Source: an uncultured Bacteroidales bacterium (lineage in GTDB: Bacteria > Bacteroidota > Bacteroidia > Bacteroidales > UBA932). From it: a DNA stretch of 31,430 bases. Every line of letters begins with the position of its first letter. Within the stretch, counting starts at the first letter, position 1. The notes beneath the pieces are model-generated. The model was not told the origin of the DNA. It saw only the letters and a list, made by a program, of their open reading frames with translations, and did no database searches. The DNA lies in NCBI GenBank assembly GCA_964292095.1, contig CAXYUL010000001.1, positions 1 through 31,430 on the forward strand, in the 5' to 3' direction. Made by a program: the position numbers and the translations under genes. Below, in pieces: positions 1 to 9,660 of the stretch.

Positions 1-96
1 CCATTAGAGGATTCATCTAAGATAAAAAAAGCAAGAAAAGATATTGCAAGGATGCTCACCGTGTTGAGCCAAATTGAAAACCAGAACAAAAAATAG
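1..96 (+). CDS. rpmC: 50S ribosomal protein L29, 3' end only (runs off window start)
   Basis: Manual translation of frame 1: PLEDSSKIKKARKDIARMLTVLSQIENQNKK* (TAG 94-96). It resembles the L29 C-terminus and lies directly upstream of rpsQ. Not in the ORF track. Confidence 0.9.
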   Translation, partial: PLEDSSKIKKARKDIARMLTVLSQIENQNKK

Positions 97-102
97 TAGT
101 TC

Positions 103-357
103 ATGGAAAGAAGACTTCGTAAAGAAAGAATAGGTATAGTGGTTAGTAACAAAATGGAGAAATCTATTGTTGTTGCTGTTAAAGCAAAAGAGAAACACCC
201 TATTTACGGAAAGTTCGTAAATAAAACCACTAAGTTTGTGGCTCACGATGAAAAAAATGAGTGCAGCGAGGGAGATACAGTAAGGATTATGGAAACACGT
301 CCTTTAAGTAAATCTAAACGTTGGAGATTAGTAGAAATTGTAGAAAAAGTTAAATAA
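103..357 (+). CDS. rpsQ: 30S ribosomal protein S17
   Basis: [15 protein letters not shown] and [13 protein letters not shown] motifs; operon position. Confidence 0.98.
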   Translation: MERRLRKERIGIVVSNKMEKSIVVAVKAKEKHPIYGKFVNKTTKFVAHDEKNECSEGDTVRIMETRPLSKSKRWRLVEIVEKVK

Positions 358-360
358 GCC

Positions 361-726
361 ATGATACAACAAGAATCAAGATTAATTGTAGGGGATAACC
401 GGGGTTCAAAGGAGGTTCTTTGTATGCTTGTGTTGGGTGGACCACGCCGTCGCTATGCAAGTGTTGGTGACAAGATTGTAGTTGCCGTTAAAAGTTCAAT
501 ACCTGGAGCTGATGCAAAAAAAGGATCTGTGTCAAAAGCTGTGGTAGTTCGTACTAAAAAAGAGATTCGTCGTGCTGATGGGTCTTACATAAGATTTGAC
601 GAGAATGCTTGTGTATTATTAAACAATCAAGGAGAGGTTCGTGGAACTCGTATCTTTGGCCCAGTAGCTCGTGAATTGCGTGATAATTACATGAAAATTG
701 TTTCCTTAGCACCAGAGGTATTATAA
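361..726 (+). CDS. rplN: 50S ribosomal protein L14 (atypical residues at codons 11-28)
   Basis: [23 protein letters not shown] and [12 protein letters not shown] motifs; operon position. Confidence 0.98.
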   Translation: MIQQESRLIVGDNRGSKEVLCMLVLGGPRRRYASVGDKIVVAVKSSIPGADAKKGSVSKAVVVRTKKEIRRADGSYIRFDENACVLLNNQGEVRGTRIFGPVARELRDNYMKIVSLAPEVL

Positions 727-743
727 TAATAAGGAATAGTATT

Positions 744-1067
744 ATGAATAAAAAGTTACATATAAAGAAAGGCGACATGGTTGTTGTTAATGCCGGCGAC
801 GAGAAAGGTAAAACTGGAAAAGTTGTTGAGATTATTACAGAGAAAGACCGTGCAGTTGTTGAGGGACTCAACATGGTAAGCAAGCATACTAAACCTAATG
901 CTAAACATCCCCAAGGTGGCATAATTAAGCAAGAGGCTGGTATTCACATCTCTAATCTACAAGTAGTAGATCCTGTTAAAGGGAAAGCTACTAAAATTGG
1001 AAGACGTCTTAATGAAAAAGGCAAATTGGTTCGTTTTGCAAAAAAATCTGGGGAGGAAATTAAATAA
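744..1067 (+). CDS. rplX: 50S ribosomal protein L24
   Basis: KOW motif [19 protein letters not shown]; [13 protein letters not shown]; [12 protein letters not shown]. Confidence 0.98.
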   Translation: MNKKLHIKKGDMVVVNAGDEKGKTGKVVEIITEKDRAVVEGLNMVSKHTKPNAKHPQGGIIKQEAGIHISNLQVVDPVKGKATKIGRRLNEKGKLVRFAKKSGEEIK

Positions 1068-1687
1068 TGGCAAAAGAGACAAAAACAAAAAAAGTTGCGG
1101 CTCCTAAGGTAGAAGGCGCGCAAGTGAAAGTAGAAGGTTTTGTCCCTACTCTTCAAAAGAAATATACCGAGGAAATAGTTGCTAAACTACAAAAAGATTT
1201 TGGATTTACCTCTATTATGCAGGTTCCAAAATTAGAGAAGATTATTATTAATCAAGGTATGGGACAAGCTACTGCAGATAAAAAACTTGTTGAAGTTGCT
1301 CAACAAGAGTTAACTGTAATAACAGGTCAGAAAGCAATGCTTACTTACTCTAAAAAAGATATCTCTAACTTTAAACTTCGTAAAGGAATGCCTATTGGTG
1401 TTAAAGTTACTTTACGTAAGGCTAAAATGTATGAGTTCTTAGAGAGATTAATAGCAATTTCTCTACCTCGTATTAGAGATTTTAAAGGTATTAATGAAAA
1501 ATTAGATGGTAGAGGTAATTATACTTTAGGAATTAAAGAACAAATTATTTTCCCAGAGATTGACATAGATAAAATTACCAAGGTTCTAGGTATGGAGATA
1601 ACTTTTGTTACAACTGCCGAAAACGATGAAGTTGCTCATGCTCTTCTTCGTGAATTTGGATTGCCTTTTAAAAATATTAAGAAATAA
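1067..1687 (+). CDS. rplE: 50S ribosomal protein L5 with Lys/Ala-rich N-terminal extension
   Basis: [24 protein letters not shown] and LPRIRDFKG motifs; TAATG coupling with rplX. Confidence 0.98.
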   Translation: MAKETKTKKVAAPKVEGAQVKVEGFVPTLQKKYTEEIVAKLQKDFGFTSIMQVPKLEKIIINQGMGQATADKKLVEVAQQELTVITGQKAMLTYSKKDISNFKLRKGMPIGVKVTLRKAKMYEFLERLIAISLPRIRDFKGINEKLDGRGNYTLGIKEQIIFPEIDIDKITKVLGMEITFVTTAENDEVAHALLREFGLPFKNIKK

Positions 1688-1705
1688 TCTAAAGAGAGAT
1701 AGATA

Positions 1706-1975
1706 ATGGCAAAAGAATCAATGAAGGCACGCGAAGTAAAACGCGCAAAATTATGTGCCAAATATGCTGAAAAACGCAAACAACTTAAAGAGGCAGGAGA
1801 CTATGAGGCTTTGGATAAGTTACCAAAGAACTCTAGCCCAGTACGTTTACACAACCGTTGTTCACTAACTGGAAGACCTAAAGGTTATATGCGTGTTTTT
1901 GGTATTAGCCGTATCCAGTTCCGTGAAATGGCGAGCCAAGGTTTGATACCAGGCGTTCGTAAAGCAAGCTGGTAG
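1706..1975 (+). CDS. rpsN: 30S ribosomal protein S14 (89 aa, zinc-independent type)
   Basis: [22 protein letters not shown]...[11 protein letters not shown]; only one Cys of the zinc motif remains. Confidence 0.98.
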   Translation: MAKESMKAREVKRAKLCAKYAEKRKQLKEAGDYEALDKLPKNSSPVRLHNRCSLTGRPKGYMRVFGISRIQFREMASQGLIPGVRKASW

Positions 1976-2095
1976 AACTTTAGGGGGTATAGGTCCCTCA
2001 AATTAAATAATTATTAACATTGGATATCGGGCTATTGGAAGAGGTTCTATATTTAGATAACACTTTTGATTGTCGATAATTAAAAAAAAATTAAA

Positions 2096-2491
2096 ATGAC
2101 TGATCCAATCGCAGACTTTTTGACCCGCATACGTAATGCATCTATGGCAGGTCATAAGATCGTAGAAATTCCTTCATCTCGTATGAAGGTAGAATTAACT
2201 CGTGTTTTACACGAAAAAGGTTATATTCTTAGTTATAAAGTTGTTGAAGGTACACCTTTTAACACAATTAAGATTGCTCTTAAATATCATCCAGAAAGCA
2301 AGAAATCTGCTATCAAAAAGATAGTTCGCGTAAGCAAACCAGGTTTAAGACAATATAGGGGTGTAGAAGAAATGCCTAGAGTCCTTAATGGTTTAGGTGT
2401 AGCTATTTTATCAACTTCAAAGGGTATCATTACTGATAAAGAGGCTAAAGGTCTTAATGTTGGTGGTGAAGTGCTTTGCTATGTTTATTAA
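2096..2491 (+). CDS. rpsH: 30S ribosomal protein S8
   Basis: MTDPIADFLTRIRNA, SKPGLRQY, STSKGIITDKEA and GGEVLCYVY motifs. Confidence 0.98.
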   Translation: MTDPIADFLTRIRNASMAGHKIVEIPSSRMKVELTRVLHEKGYILSYKVVEGTPFNTIKIALKYHPESKKSAIKKIVRVSKPGLRQYRGVEEMPRVLNGLGVAILSTSKGIITDKEAKGLNVGGEVLCYVY

Positions 2492-2539
2492 TAGTTAAAA
2501 ACAAGTAGAGTAAATTATAATTAAACAAATTAATTTAAG

Positions 2540-3100
2540 ATGTCAAGAATAGGAAAATTACCTGTAAGCCTTCCGAATAATGTTACTGTAACAGTAGCAT
2601 CAGATAATACGGTAAAGGTTAAAGGCCCGCTAGGTGAGTTGACTCAAAAAGTTGACCCGGATATTACCGTTACCGTAGAGGGAGGCGTAGTGCATGTTGC
2701 AAGACCAACAGAGCAACCGCGCCATCGTTCAATGCATGGATTATACCGTGCACTCATTCATAACATGGTTGTAGGTGTTTCAGAAGGATTCACTGTTAAA
2801 CAAGAATTAGTGGGTGTAGGTTTTCGTGTAGAAGCCAAAGGTCAAATATTAGAGTTCAGTTTAGGTTTCTCTCATGATATTCATTTTGAGTTACCAAAGG
2901 AGATTAAACCAGAGGTTGAGCCAGTTAAAAAAGGAGCAAACCCAGTTTTAGCGCTTAAAAGCTACGATAAGCAATTGCTTGGAATGGTTGCTGCTAAGAT
3001 TCGTTCGTTGCGTAAACCTGAGCCATATAAGGGTAAAGGTATTAAGTTTGTTGGTGAACAACTTCGTCGTAAAGCAGGTAAATCTGCAGGCGCTAAATAA
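2540..3100 (+). CDS. rplF: 50S ribosomal protein L6
   Basis: [16 protein letters not shown] and [11 protein letters not shown] motifs. Confidence 0.98.
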   Translation: MSRIGKLPVSLPNNVTVTVASDNTVKVKGPLGELTQKVDPDITVTVEGGVVHVARPTEQPRHRSMHGLYRALIHNMVVGVSEGFTVKQELVGVGFRVEAKGQILEFSLGFSHDIHFELPKEIKPEVEPVKKGANPVLALKSYDKQLLGMVAAKIRSLRKPEPYKGKGIKFVGEQLRRKAGKSAGAK

Positions 3101-3114
3101 TAAGGAGAAGGTTT

Positions 3115-3477
3115 ATGGCTTTAAATAAAATAGAAAGAAGACAAAGAATACGTTATCGTATTCGTAAAGTGGTTAACGGAACTGCCGAAAGACCAAGGAT
3201 GAGCGTATATAGGAGTAATAAACAAATATATGTTCAATTTATAGATGATGTTAATATGGTAACTTTAGCTGCTGCATCCTCTTTAGATAAGGCGATTGCA
3301 GAGCAAGTTAAAGGTAAAACCAATATAGAAATTGCTGCTTTAGTTGGAAAAGCTGCTGCAGAAAATGCTATTGCAAAAGGTATTTCACAAGTGTCTTTTG
3401 ACAGGGGGGGCTACCTTTATCATGGAAGAGTAAAAAGTTTAGCTGACGCTGCTCGTGAGGGTGGACTTAAATTCTAA
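3115..3477 (+). CDS. rplR: 50S ribosomal protein L18
   Basis: [14 protein letters not shown] and [26 protein letters not shown] motifs. Confidence 0.98.
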   Translation: MALNKIERRQRIRYRIRKVVNGTAERPRMSVYRSNKQIYVQFIDDVNMVTLAAASSLDKAIAEQVKGKTNIEIAALVGKAAAENAIAKGISQVSFDRGGYLYHGRVKSLADAAREGGLKF

Positions 3478-3483
3478 TAGACT

Positions 3484-4002
3484 ATGGCGAATATGAATGT
3501 AAAAAAGGTAAAAACTACCGAACTAGAGCTAAAAGATAGACTAGTTGCAGTAAGGAGAGTTACAAAAGTAACAAAAGGTGGTCGTCACTTTAGTTTTGCA
3601 GCAATAGTTGTTGTAGGTGACGAGAATGGAATTGTTGGCTTTGGTTTAGGAAAGGCTAATGAGGTTACAACCGCTATTTCTAAAGGAATAGAAGATGCTA
3701 AGAAGAATCTTGTAAAAGTTCCACTTAGTAAACGTACTATTCCACACGAACAAGTGGCTAAATTTGGTGGAGCTAGTGTATTTATGAAACCTGCTGCTGC
3801 TGGTAGTGGATTAAAGGCTGGAGGTGCGATGCGTGCCGTGTTTGAGTCTGTAGGAGTTCATGATGTGTTAGCAAAATCTAAAGGTTCATCTAATCCTCAC
3901 AATTTAGTAAAAGCTACCGTTGCTGCTTTAGCAGAAATGCGTGATGCTTATACAATTGCTGGATTAAGAGGAATTCACATGAATAAAGTATTTAATGGTT
4001 AA
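3484..4002 (+). CDS. rpsE: 30S ribosomal protein S5
   Basis: [20 protein letters not shown] and SKGSSNPHN motifs. Confidence 0.98.
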   Translation: MANMNVKKVKTTELELKDRLVAVRRVTKVTKGGRHFSFAAIVVVGDENGIVGFGLGKANEVTTAISKGIEDAKKNLVKVPLSKRTIPHEQVAKFGGASVFMKPAAAGSGLKAGGAMRAVFESVGVHDVLAKSKGSSNPHNLVKATVAALAEMRDAYTIAGLRGIHMNKVFNG

Positions 4003-4014
4003 GGAGGCAGAATA

Positions 4015-4197
4015 ATGGCAAAACTTAGAATTACTCAAATAAAAAGTAAAAATGGGGCAACCAAAAGCCAAGTTGCATGTTTGCAATCTTTAGGCATTCG
4101 CCGAATTCATCATTTTGTAGAATTAGAAATGAACCCTATTTATAATGGGATGTTGCAAAAAATTCTACACCTTGTTAAAGTAGAAGAAATTAGCTAA
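4015..4197 (+). CDS. rpmD: 50S ribosomal protein L30
   Basis: 60 aa, LRITQIKS...LQSLGIRR...HLVKVEE; between rpsE and rplO. Confidence 0.95.
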   Translation: MAKLRITQIKSKNGATKSQVACLQSLGIRRIHHFVELEMNPIYNGMLQKILHLVKVEEIS

Positions 4198-4211
4198 TAG
4201 GAGATTTTATA

Positions 4212-4658
4212 ATGAAATTAAATACACTAAAACCTTCAAAAGGTTCTATCGGAAGAGAGAAAAGAATAGGTCGTGGTGAAGGTTCAGGCCACGGCGGAAC
4301 TTCTACCAAAGGACATAAAGGAGCGCAATCACGTTCTGGTTATTCTCGTAAGTTAGGTTTTGAGGGAGGACAAATGCCTATACAAAGACGTTTGCCAAAA
4401 TTTGGGTTTACTAACCCAAATAGAGTAGAATACAAAGCAATTAATTTGTCTAGTTTGCAAGATTTGTGTGAAAAACATAATCTTACATCTGTAACAATAG
4501 ATACTTTAGTTGAGTTCGGACTTATATCCAAAAAAGATTTAGTAAAGATATTAGGTAACGGGGAGTTAAAAGTAAAATTGGATGTTACAGCTCACGCTTT
4601 CTCTAAATCAGCTATATCTAAGATTGAGGCTGCACAAGGTTCTACTAACATAATCTAA
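4212..4658 (+). CDS. rplO: 50S ribosomal protein L15
   Basis: GRGEGSGHGGTSTKGHKGAQSRSG and FEGGQMPIQRRLPKFGF motifs. Confidence 0.98.
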   Translation: MKLNTLKPSKGSIGREKRIGRGEGSGHGGTSTKGHKGAQSRSGYSRKLGFEGGQMPIQRRLPKFGFTNPNRVEYKAINLSSLQDLCEKHNLTSVTIDTLVEFGLISKKDLVKILGNGELKVKLDVTAHAFSKSAISKIEAAQGSTNII

Positions 4659-4666
4659 ACAAACCG

Positions 4667-5983
4667 ATGAAAAAATTTATTGAAACAATAAAAAATATTT
4701 TCAAGATTGAAGAACTGCGTAATAGGATAGTTTATACTATCCTGTTACTATTGGTTTATCGACTAGGAAGCTTTGTTGTTGTTCCTGGTATAGACCCTAC
4801 TCAGTTGGCAAATTTAGAGGCACAAACACAAGAAGGTTTAATGGGCTTATTAAACATGTTCTCTGGTGGTGCATTTGGTAATGCCTCAATTTTTGCTTTA
4901 GGTGTAATGCCTTACATTTCTGCTTCAATTGTTATTCAACTCTTGGGAATTATGGTTCCTTATTTTCAAAAACTGCAACGCGAAGGCGAGAGCGGAAGAA
5001 GAAAGATGAACCAAATGACACGTTATCTTACAATTGTTATCCTTGCACTACAAGGGCCTGCTTATTTAACCAATTTGCATGCACAATTGCCTGAGAGCGC
5101 ATTTTTAATAAAAGGATTTTCTTTTAATTTATTTGCTACAGTAGTTCTTGTAGGTGGTACTATGTTTATTATGTGGTTAGGAGAGCGCATTACCGATCGC
5201 GGCTTGGGTAATGGTATTTCTTTAATCATTATGGTAGGTATTATTGCAAGATTACCTTATGCTTTAGCTGCTGAGTTTGGAACAAGAATGAGCCAAACAA
5301 CAGGTAGCTTCTTAATGCTTATAGTAGAATTGGTCTTTTTAGCCTTTGTTATTATAGGTACTATAGCTTTAGTACAAGGTACTCGTAAAATTCCGGTACA
5401 ATATGCCAAGAGAATTGTTGGAAACAAACAATATGGTGGGGTGCGTCAGTATATTCCGTTAAAGATTAATGCGGCAGGAGTTATGCCAATTATCTTTGCT
5501 CAAGCATTGATGTTATTTCCAATTATATTTGCAAGCTTTGATGCTACACGTGGATTAGCCGCTACGTTAGGTAACTATACAGGCTTCTGGTATAATTTTA
5601 TATTTGGTACTCTTGTTGTGGTTTTTACTTACTTCTACACCGCAGTAACTGTAAATTCTACAATGATGGCAGAAGATATGAAGAAAAACGGTGGTTTTAT
5701 ACCAGGTGTTAAGCCAGGTAAAAAAACCGCAGAGTATTTAGATTCTGTAATGTCTCGTATTACACTTCCAGGCTCGTTTTGTCTTGCTTTGGTAGCTATA
5801 ATGCCAGTATTTGCAATGAAACTAGGAATTAATAACCAGTTCGCACAGTTTTATGGTGGAACCAGTTTGTTGATTCTTGTTGGAGTTGTACTAGATACTT
5901 TACAACAAATTGAGAGTCATCTATTAATGCGTCACTATGATGGATTAATGAAGACAGGACGTCTTAAAGGTCGTCAAGGATAA
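4667..5983 (+). CDS. secY: Preprotein translocase subunit SecY
   Basis: SIFALGVMPYISASI, GLGNGISLII, IPLK.NAAGVMP.IFA and GGTSLLILVGV motifs; multiple hydrophobic segments. Confidence 0.98.
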   Translation: MKKFIETIKNIFKIEELRNRIVYTILLLLVYRLGSFVVVPGIDPTQLANLEAQTQEGLMGLLNMFSGGAFGNASIFALGVMPYISASIVIQLLGIMVPYFQKLQREGESGRRKMNQMTRYLTIVILALQGPAYLTNLHAQLPESAFLIKGFSFNLFATVVLVGGTMFIMWLGERITDRGLGNGISLIIMVGIIARLPYALAAEFGTRMSQTTGSFLMLIVELVFLAFVIIGTIALVQGTRKIPVQYAKRIVGNKQYGGVRQYIPLKINAAGVMPIIFAQALMLFPIIFASFDATRGLAATLGNYTGFWYNFIFGTLVVVFTYFYTAVTVNSTMMAEDMKKNGGFIPGVKPGKKTAEYLDSVMSRITLPGSFCLALVAIMPVFAMKLGINNQFAQFYGGTSLLILVGVVLDTLQQIESHLLMRHYDGLMKTGRLKGRQG

Positions 5984-6004
5984 TAATTTGATAGTTCTTT
6001 TGAA

Positions 6005-6775
6005 ATGATAAACCTGAAAACAGACGAGGAAATTGAGATCCTAAGAGAGAATGCCATTTTGGTTTCTAAAACTCTTGCAGAAGTAGGAAAGGCAATAGTG
6101 CCTGGTGTTGAAACAAAAACATTAGATAAAATTGCAGAAACTTTTATAAGAGATAATAAAGCAGTGCCTGGCTTTCTTAATTATGGCGGTTTCCCTTACA
6201 CATTGTGTATCTCTGTTAATGAGACAGTAGTACATGGTTTTCCAAGCAATTACCAACTAAAAGAAGGAGATATTGTTTCGGTAGATTGTGGAACTATATA
6301 CAAGGGGTTTTATGGCGATTCTGCTTATACTTTTCCTGTTGGAGAAGTAGATGAAGAAACTAAGACTCTTTTAAAAGTTACAAAAGAATCCCTATATTTG
6401 GGGGCTCAAAAGGCAATTGCTGGTAACAGAATAGGAGATATTGGAAGTGCCATTCAACAATATGTTGAACAGTTTGGATTTTCTGTTGTTAGAGAAATGG
6501 TTGGACATGGAGTTGGTAAAAGACTTCACGAAAAGCCAGAGGTTCCTAATTATGGAAAGCCTGGACAAGGAAAAAAATTGCTAGAAAATATGGTTATCTG
6601 TATTGAACCAATGATAAATGCAGGAGTAAAGGATGTTTATATGCACGATAATGGTTGGGCGATAAACACTGCAGATAATAAAAAATCTGCTCACTTTGAG
6701 TTTATGGTTGCGGTTAAGCACGGACAACCTCAGGTTTTAACAACATTTGAATTTATTGAAAATAATAATTATTAA
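6005..6775 (+). CDS. map: Methionine aminopeptidase type I
   Basis: Metal ligands retained in SVDCG, GDSAYT, GHGVG, IEPM and HFEF; position after secY. Confidence 0.96.
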   Translation: MINLKTDEEIEILRENAILVSKTLAEVGKAIVPGVETKTLDKIAETFIRDNKAVPGFLNYGGFPYTLCISVNETVVHGFPSNYQLKEGDIVSVDCGTIYKGFYGDSAYTFPVGEVDEETKTLLKVTKESLYLGAQKAIAGNRIGDIGSAIQQYVEQFGFSVVREMVGHGVGKRLHEKPEVPNYGKPGQGKKLLENMVICIEPMINAGVKDVYMHDNGWAINTADNKKSAHFEFMVAVKHGQPQVLTTFEFIENNNY

Positions 6776-6790
6776 GTTTTAAGGAAAAGT

Positions 6791-7009
6791 ATGTCAAAAC
6801 AATCTGCTATAGAAAAAGATGGAACAATTATTGAGGCTTTGTCGAACGCTATGTTTAGAGTAGAGTTAGATAATGGCCATATAGTAATAGCTCACATCTC
6901 GGGAAAAATGAGAATGCACTATATTAGAATTTTACCCGGAGATAAGGTGAGAGTTGAGATGTCACCTTATGATTTAACAAAAGGAAGGATTTCTTTCAGA
7001 TACAAATAA
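6791..7009 (+). CDS. infA: Translation initiation factor IF-1
   Basis: [12 protein letters not shown] and [19 protein letters not shown] motifs. Confidence 0.98.
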   Translation: MSKQSAIEKDGTIIEALSNAMFRVELDNGHIVIAHISGKMRMHYIRILPGDKVRVEMSPYDLTKGRISFRYK

Positions 7010-7021
7010 AAACTAAATACA

Positions 7022-7138
7022 ATGAAAGTAAAAGCATCCATTAAGAAGCGTAGTGAAGACTGCAAAATTGTTAAACGCAAAGGTCGTTTATATGTAATTT
7101 GCAAAAAGAACCCTAAGTTCAAAATGCGTCAGGGATAA
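7022..7138 (+). CDS. rpmJ: 50S ribosomal protein L36
   Basis: Manual translation [38 protein letters not shown] (38 aa); missing from the ORF track, presumably because it is short. Confidence 0.97.
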   Translation: MKVKASIKKRSEDCKIVKRKGRLYVICKKNPKFKMRQG

Positions 7139-7178
7139 TATCTAATTGTAAACAATTAAGAAAAAATAAAAAATAATT

Positions 7179-7556
7179 ATGGCACGTATAGCCGGAGTTG
7201 ATTTACCAAAAAACAAACGTGGAGAGATAGGTTTAACCTATATCTTTGGAATTGGTCACAGTTCTGCCAAAAATATCCTTAGTAAAAATGGAATAGATTT
7301 CAATACTAAGGTGCAAGATTGGACAGATGACCAAATCGCTGCAATCAGACAGACTATTGCAGAAGAGTATAAAATAGAGGGCGAACTTCGTTCATCTATA
7401 CAGTTGAATATTAAACGTCTTATGGACATTGGCTGTTATAGAGGTATCCGTCATAGAATTGGACTACCAGTTAGGGGCCAGAGCACTAAAAATAATGCTC
7501 GTACCCGTAAAGGTAAGAAGAAGACAGTGGCAAATAAGAAGAAAGCAACTAAATAG
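7179..7556 (+). CDS. rpsM: 30S ribosomal protein S13
   Basis: [10 protein letters not shown] and [26 protein letters not shown] motifs. Confidence 0.98.
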   Translation: MARIAGVDLPKNKRGEIGLTYIFGIGHSSAKNILSKNGIDFNTKVQDWTDDQIAAIRQTIAEEYKIEGELRSSIQLNIKRLMDIGCYRGIRHRIGLPVRGQSTKNNARTRKGKKKTVANKKKATK

Positions 7557-7567
7557 AACCTAAGATT

Positions 7568-7960
7568 ATGGCAAAGAAAACAGGATCATCTAATAAGAAA
7601 AGAGTTGTTAAAGTTGAGGCTTATGGCGAAGCTCATATCTCATCAACTTTTAACAATGTAATAGTAACTTTAACTAATAGCTTGGGACAAGTTATCAGTT
7701 GGTCTTCTGCAGGTAAAATGGGTTTCAGAGGTTCTAAAAAGAACACTCCTTATGCAGCTCAGGTAGCCGCAGCAGATTGTGCAAAAGTAGCTTTTGATTT
7801 AGGATTACGTAAAGTTAAGGCATATGTAAAAGGGCCAGGAGCAGGACGTGAATCAGCAATTCGTACTATTCATGGTGCAGGAATTGAGGTAACTGAAATC
7901 ATTGATGTTACTCCACTTCCACACAACGGATGTAGACCAAAAGGTCGCCGTAGGGTATAA
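7568..7960 (+). CDS. rpsK: 30S ribosomal protein S11
   Basis: [23 protein letters not shown] and [12 protein letters not shown] motifs. Confidence 0.98.
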   Translation: MAKKTGSSNKKRVVKVEAYGEAHISSTFNNVIVTLTNSLGQVISWSSAGKMGFRGSKKNTPYAAQVAAADCAKVAFDLGLRKVKAYVKGPGAGRESAIRTIHGAGIEVTEIIDVTPLPHNGCRPKGRRRV

Positions 7961-7987
7961 TTCCTTATAATTTAAATTTGATTTAAT

Positions 7988-8593
7988 ATGGCAAGATATA
8001 CTGGGCCTTCTACTAAAATAGCCCGCAAATTTGGGGAACCGATTTTCGGTCCCGACAAGAGTTATGAACGCAAAAACTATCCTCCGGGACAACATGGTTT
8101 AGCTAAGAAAAGAAAGAAAACTTCTGAGTATGGCGTTCAGCTAAAAGAAAAACAAAAAGTAAAATACACCTATGGCGTTTTAGAAAGACAATTCCGCAAT
8201 TTATTTGAGAAAGCTTCTAAAATGAAAGGTAGAAAAGGTGAGAACCTTGTATTATTACTTGAGTGTCGTTTAGATAATATGGTTTATAGATTAGGTATTG
8301 CACCTTCTCGTGCTGCTGCTAGACAGTTAGTAAGTCATAGACATATAATTTTAAACGGTGAATTGAGTAGTATTCCTTCTGCATTAGTAAAACCAGGAGA
8401 TATTATTGGTGTTCGCGAAAGATCTAAGAGCTTAGAGGTTATTCAAGATAGTTTATCTGCTGCTTCTAATAAGCTTTCTTGGTTAGAATGGGACGCTAGT
8501 TCTATGCAAGGTAAGTTCTTAAATTTACCAGAAAGAACAGAAATCCCTGAAACTATTAATGAGCAACTTATAGTTGAGTTGTACTCTAAATAA
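7988..8593 (+). CDS. rpsD: 30S ribosomal protein S4
   Basis: MARYTGP, PPGQHG, QLKEKQK and [10 protein letters not shown] motifs. Confidence 0.98.
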   Translation: MARYTGPSTKIARKFGEPIFGPDKSYERKNYPPGQHGLAKKRKKTSEYGVQLKEKQKVKYTYGVLERQFRNLFEKASKMKGRKGENLVLLLECRLDNMVYRLGIAPSRAAARQLVSHRHIILNGELSSIPSALVKPGDIIGVRERSKSLEVIQDSLSAASNKLSWLEWDASSMQGKFLNLPERTEIPETINEQLIVELYSK

Positions 8594-8637
8594 TCAGCTT
8601 GCTTTTAAGCGTAACACTAATAAAAAAGATATAAAAA

Positions 8638-9660
8638 ATGGCAATTTTAGCATTTCAAAAACCGGATAAGGTTATAATGCTCGACTCAACCGAAACCTTT
8701 GGTAAATTTGAGTTTAGACCTTTAGAGCCTGGATATGGTATTACTATTGGTAACGCATTGCGTCGTATACTGTTGTCTTCACTTGAGGGTTTTGCTATCA
8801 CTTCAATTAAAATACAGGGAGTAGATCATGAATTTGCAACTATCCCTGGTGTAATTGAAGGGGTTGTGGATATCGTTCTTAACTTAAAAAAAATACGTTT
8901 TAAGAGAATGATAGAAGGAGAAGATGGCGAAGTGGTTACCGTTAATGTTAGTGGTAAGCAAGAGTTCACTGCAGATGATATTTCTAAGCAATTATCTTCA
9001 TTTAAAGTGTTGAACCCAGAACAATATATTTGTTCTATGGAGCCTTCTGTAAGACTTTCAATTGATATGAAAATTGGAAAGGGCAGGGGCTATGTTCCAT
9101 CGGATGAAAATAAAGTTGAAGGTGCTCCTTTTGGAACAATAGCAATTGACTCTATTTTTACTCCTATAAAAAATGTTAAATATGATGTGGAGCCTTGGCG
9201 TGTTGAGCAAAAGACCGACTATGATAAGTTGAATCTTGAGATTACAACAGATGGTTCAATTCATCCAAAAGATGCGTTGAAAGAGGCTGCAAAAATATTA
9301 ATACATCACTTTATGTTGTTCTCTGATGAGAAGATAAGCATGGAGACTAAGCCAGAGGTTGTAAGTAATGATTTAGATGAGGAATCATTGAGATTACGTC
9401 ATTTACTTCTAACTAAACTTTCTGACATGGAATTATCTGTAAGAGCTTTAAATTGTCTAAAGGCTGCTGAGATAGAGACATTCGCAGATTTAGTTTCTCA
9501 CCATAGATCTGATCTTATGAAGTTCAGAAACTTTGGTAAGAAATCATTAACAGAAATAGACACACTAGTAGATAGACTTAAGTTGAACTTTGGTATGGAT
9601 GTTTCTAAATATAATATTGAAATAACAAAAAGTAATAAAGGATTAAAAAATGAGGCATAA
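8638..9660 (+). CDS. rpoA: RNA polymerase subunit alpha
   Basis: [32 protein letters not shown] and [10 protein letters not shown]...RNFGKKSL motifs. Confidence 0.98.
   Translation: MAILAFQKPDKVIMLDSTETFGKFEFRPLEPGYGITIGNALRRILLSSLEGFAITSIKIQGVDHEFATIPGVIEGVVDIVLNLKKIRFKRMIEGEDGEVVTVNVSGKQEFTADDISKQLSSFKVLNPEQYICSMEPSVRLSIDMKIGKGRGYVPSDENKVEGAPFGTIAIDSIFTPIKNVKYDVEPWRVEQKTDYDKLNLEITTDGSIHPKDALKEAAKILIHHFMLFSDEKISMETKPEVVSNDLDEESLRLRHLLLTKLSDMELSVRALNCLKAAEIETFADLVSHHRSDLMKFRNFGKKSLTEIDTLVDRLKLNFGMDVSKYNIEITKSNKGLKNEA

Noticed and set aside
1706-7138. S14 and L36 lack complete zinc-binding Cys/His motifs
   Set aside because: Zinc-independent forms are, as I recall, the normal single copies in Bacteroidota; not novel.
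7973-7980. TAAATTTG 7 nt before the rpsD ATG as an internal promoter
   Set aside because: No -33 element, and this motif arises by chance roughly once per 1-2 kb per strand at this AT content (rough estimate); insufficient support.
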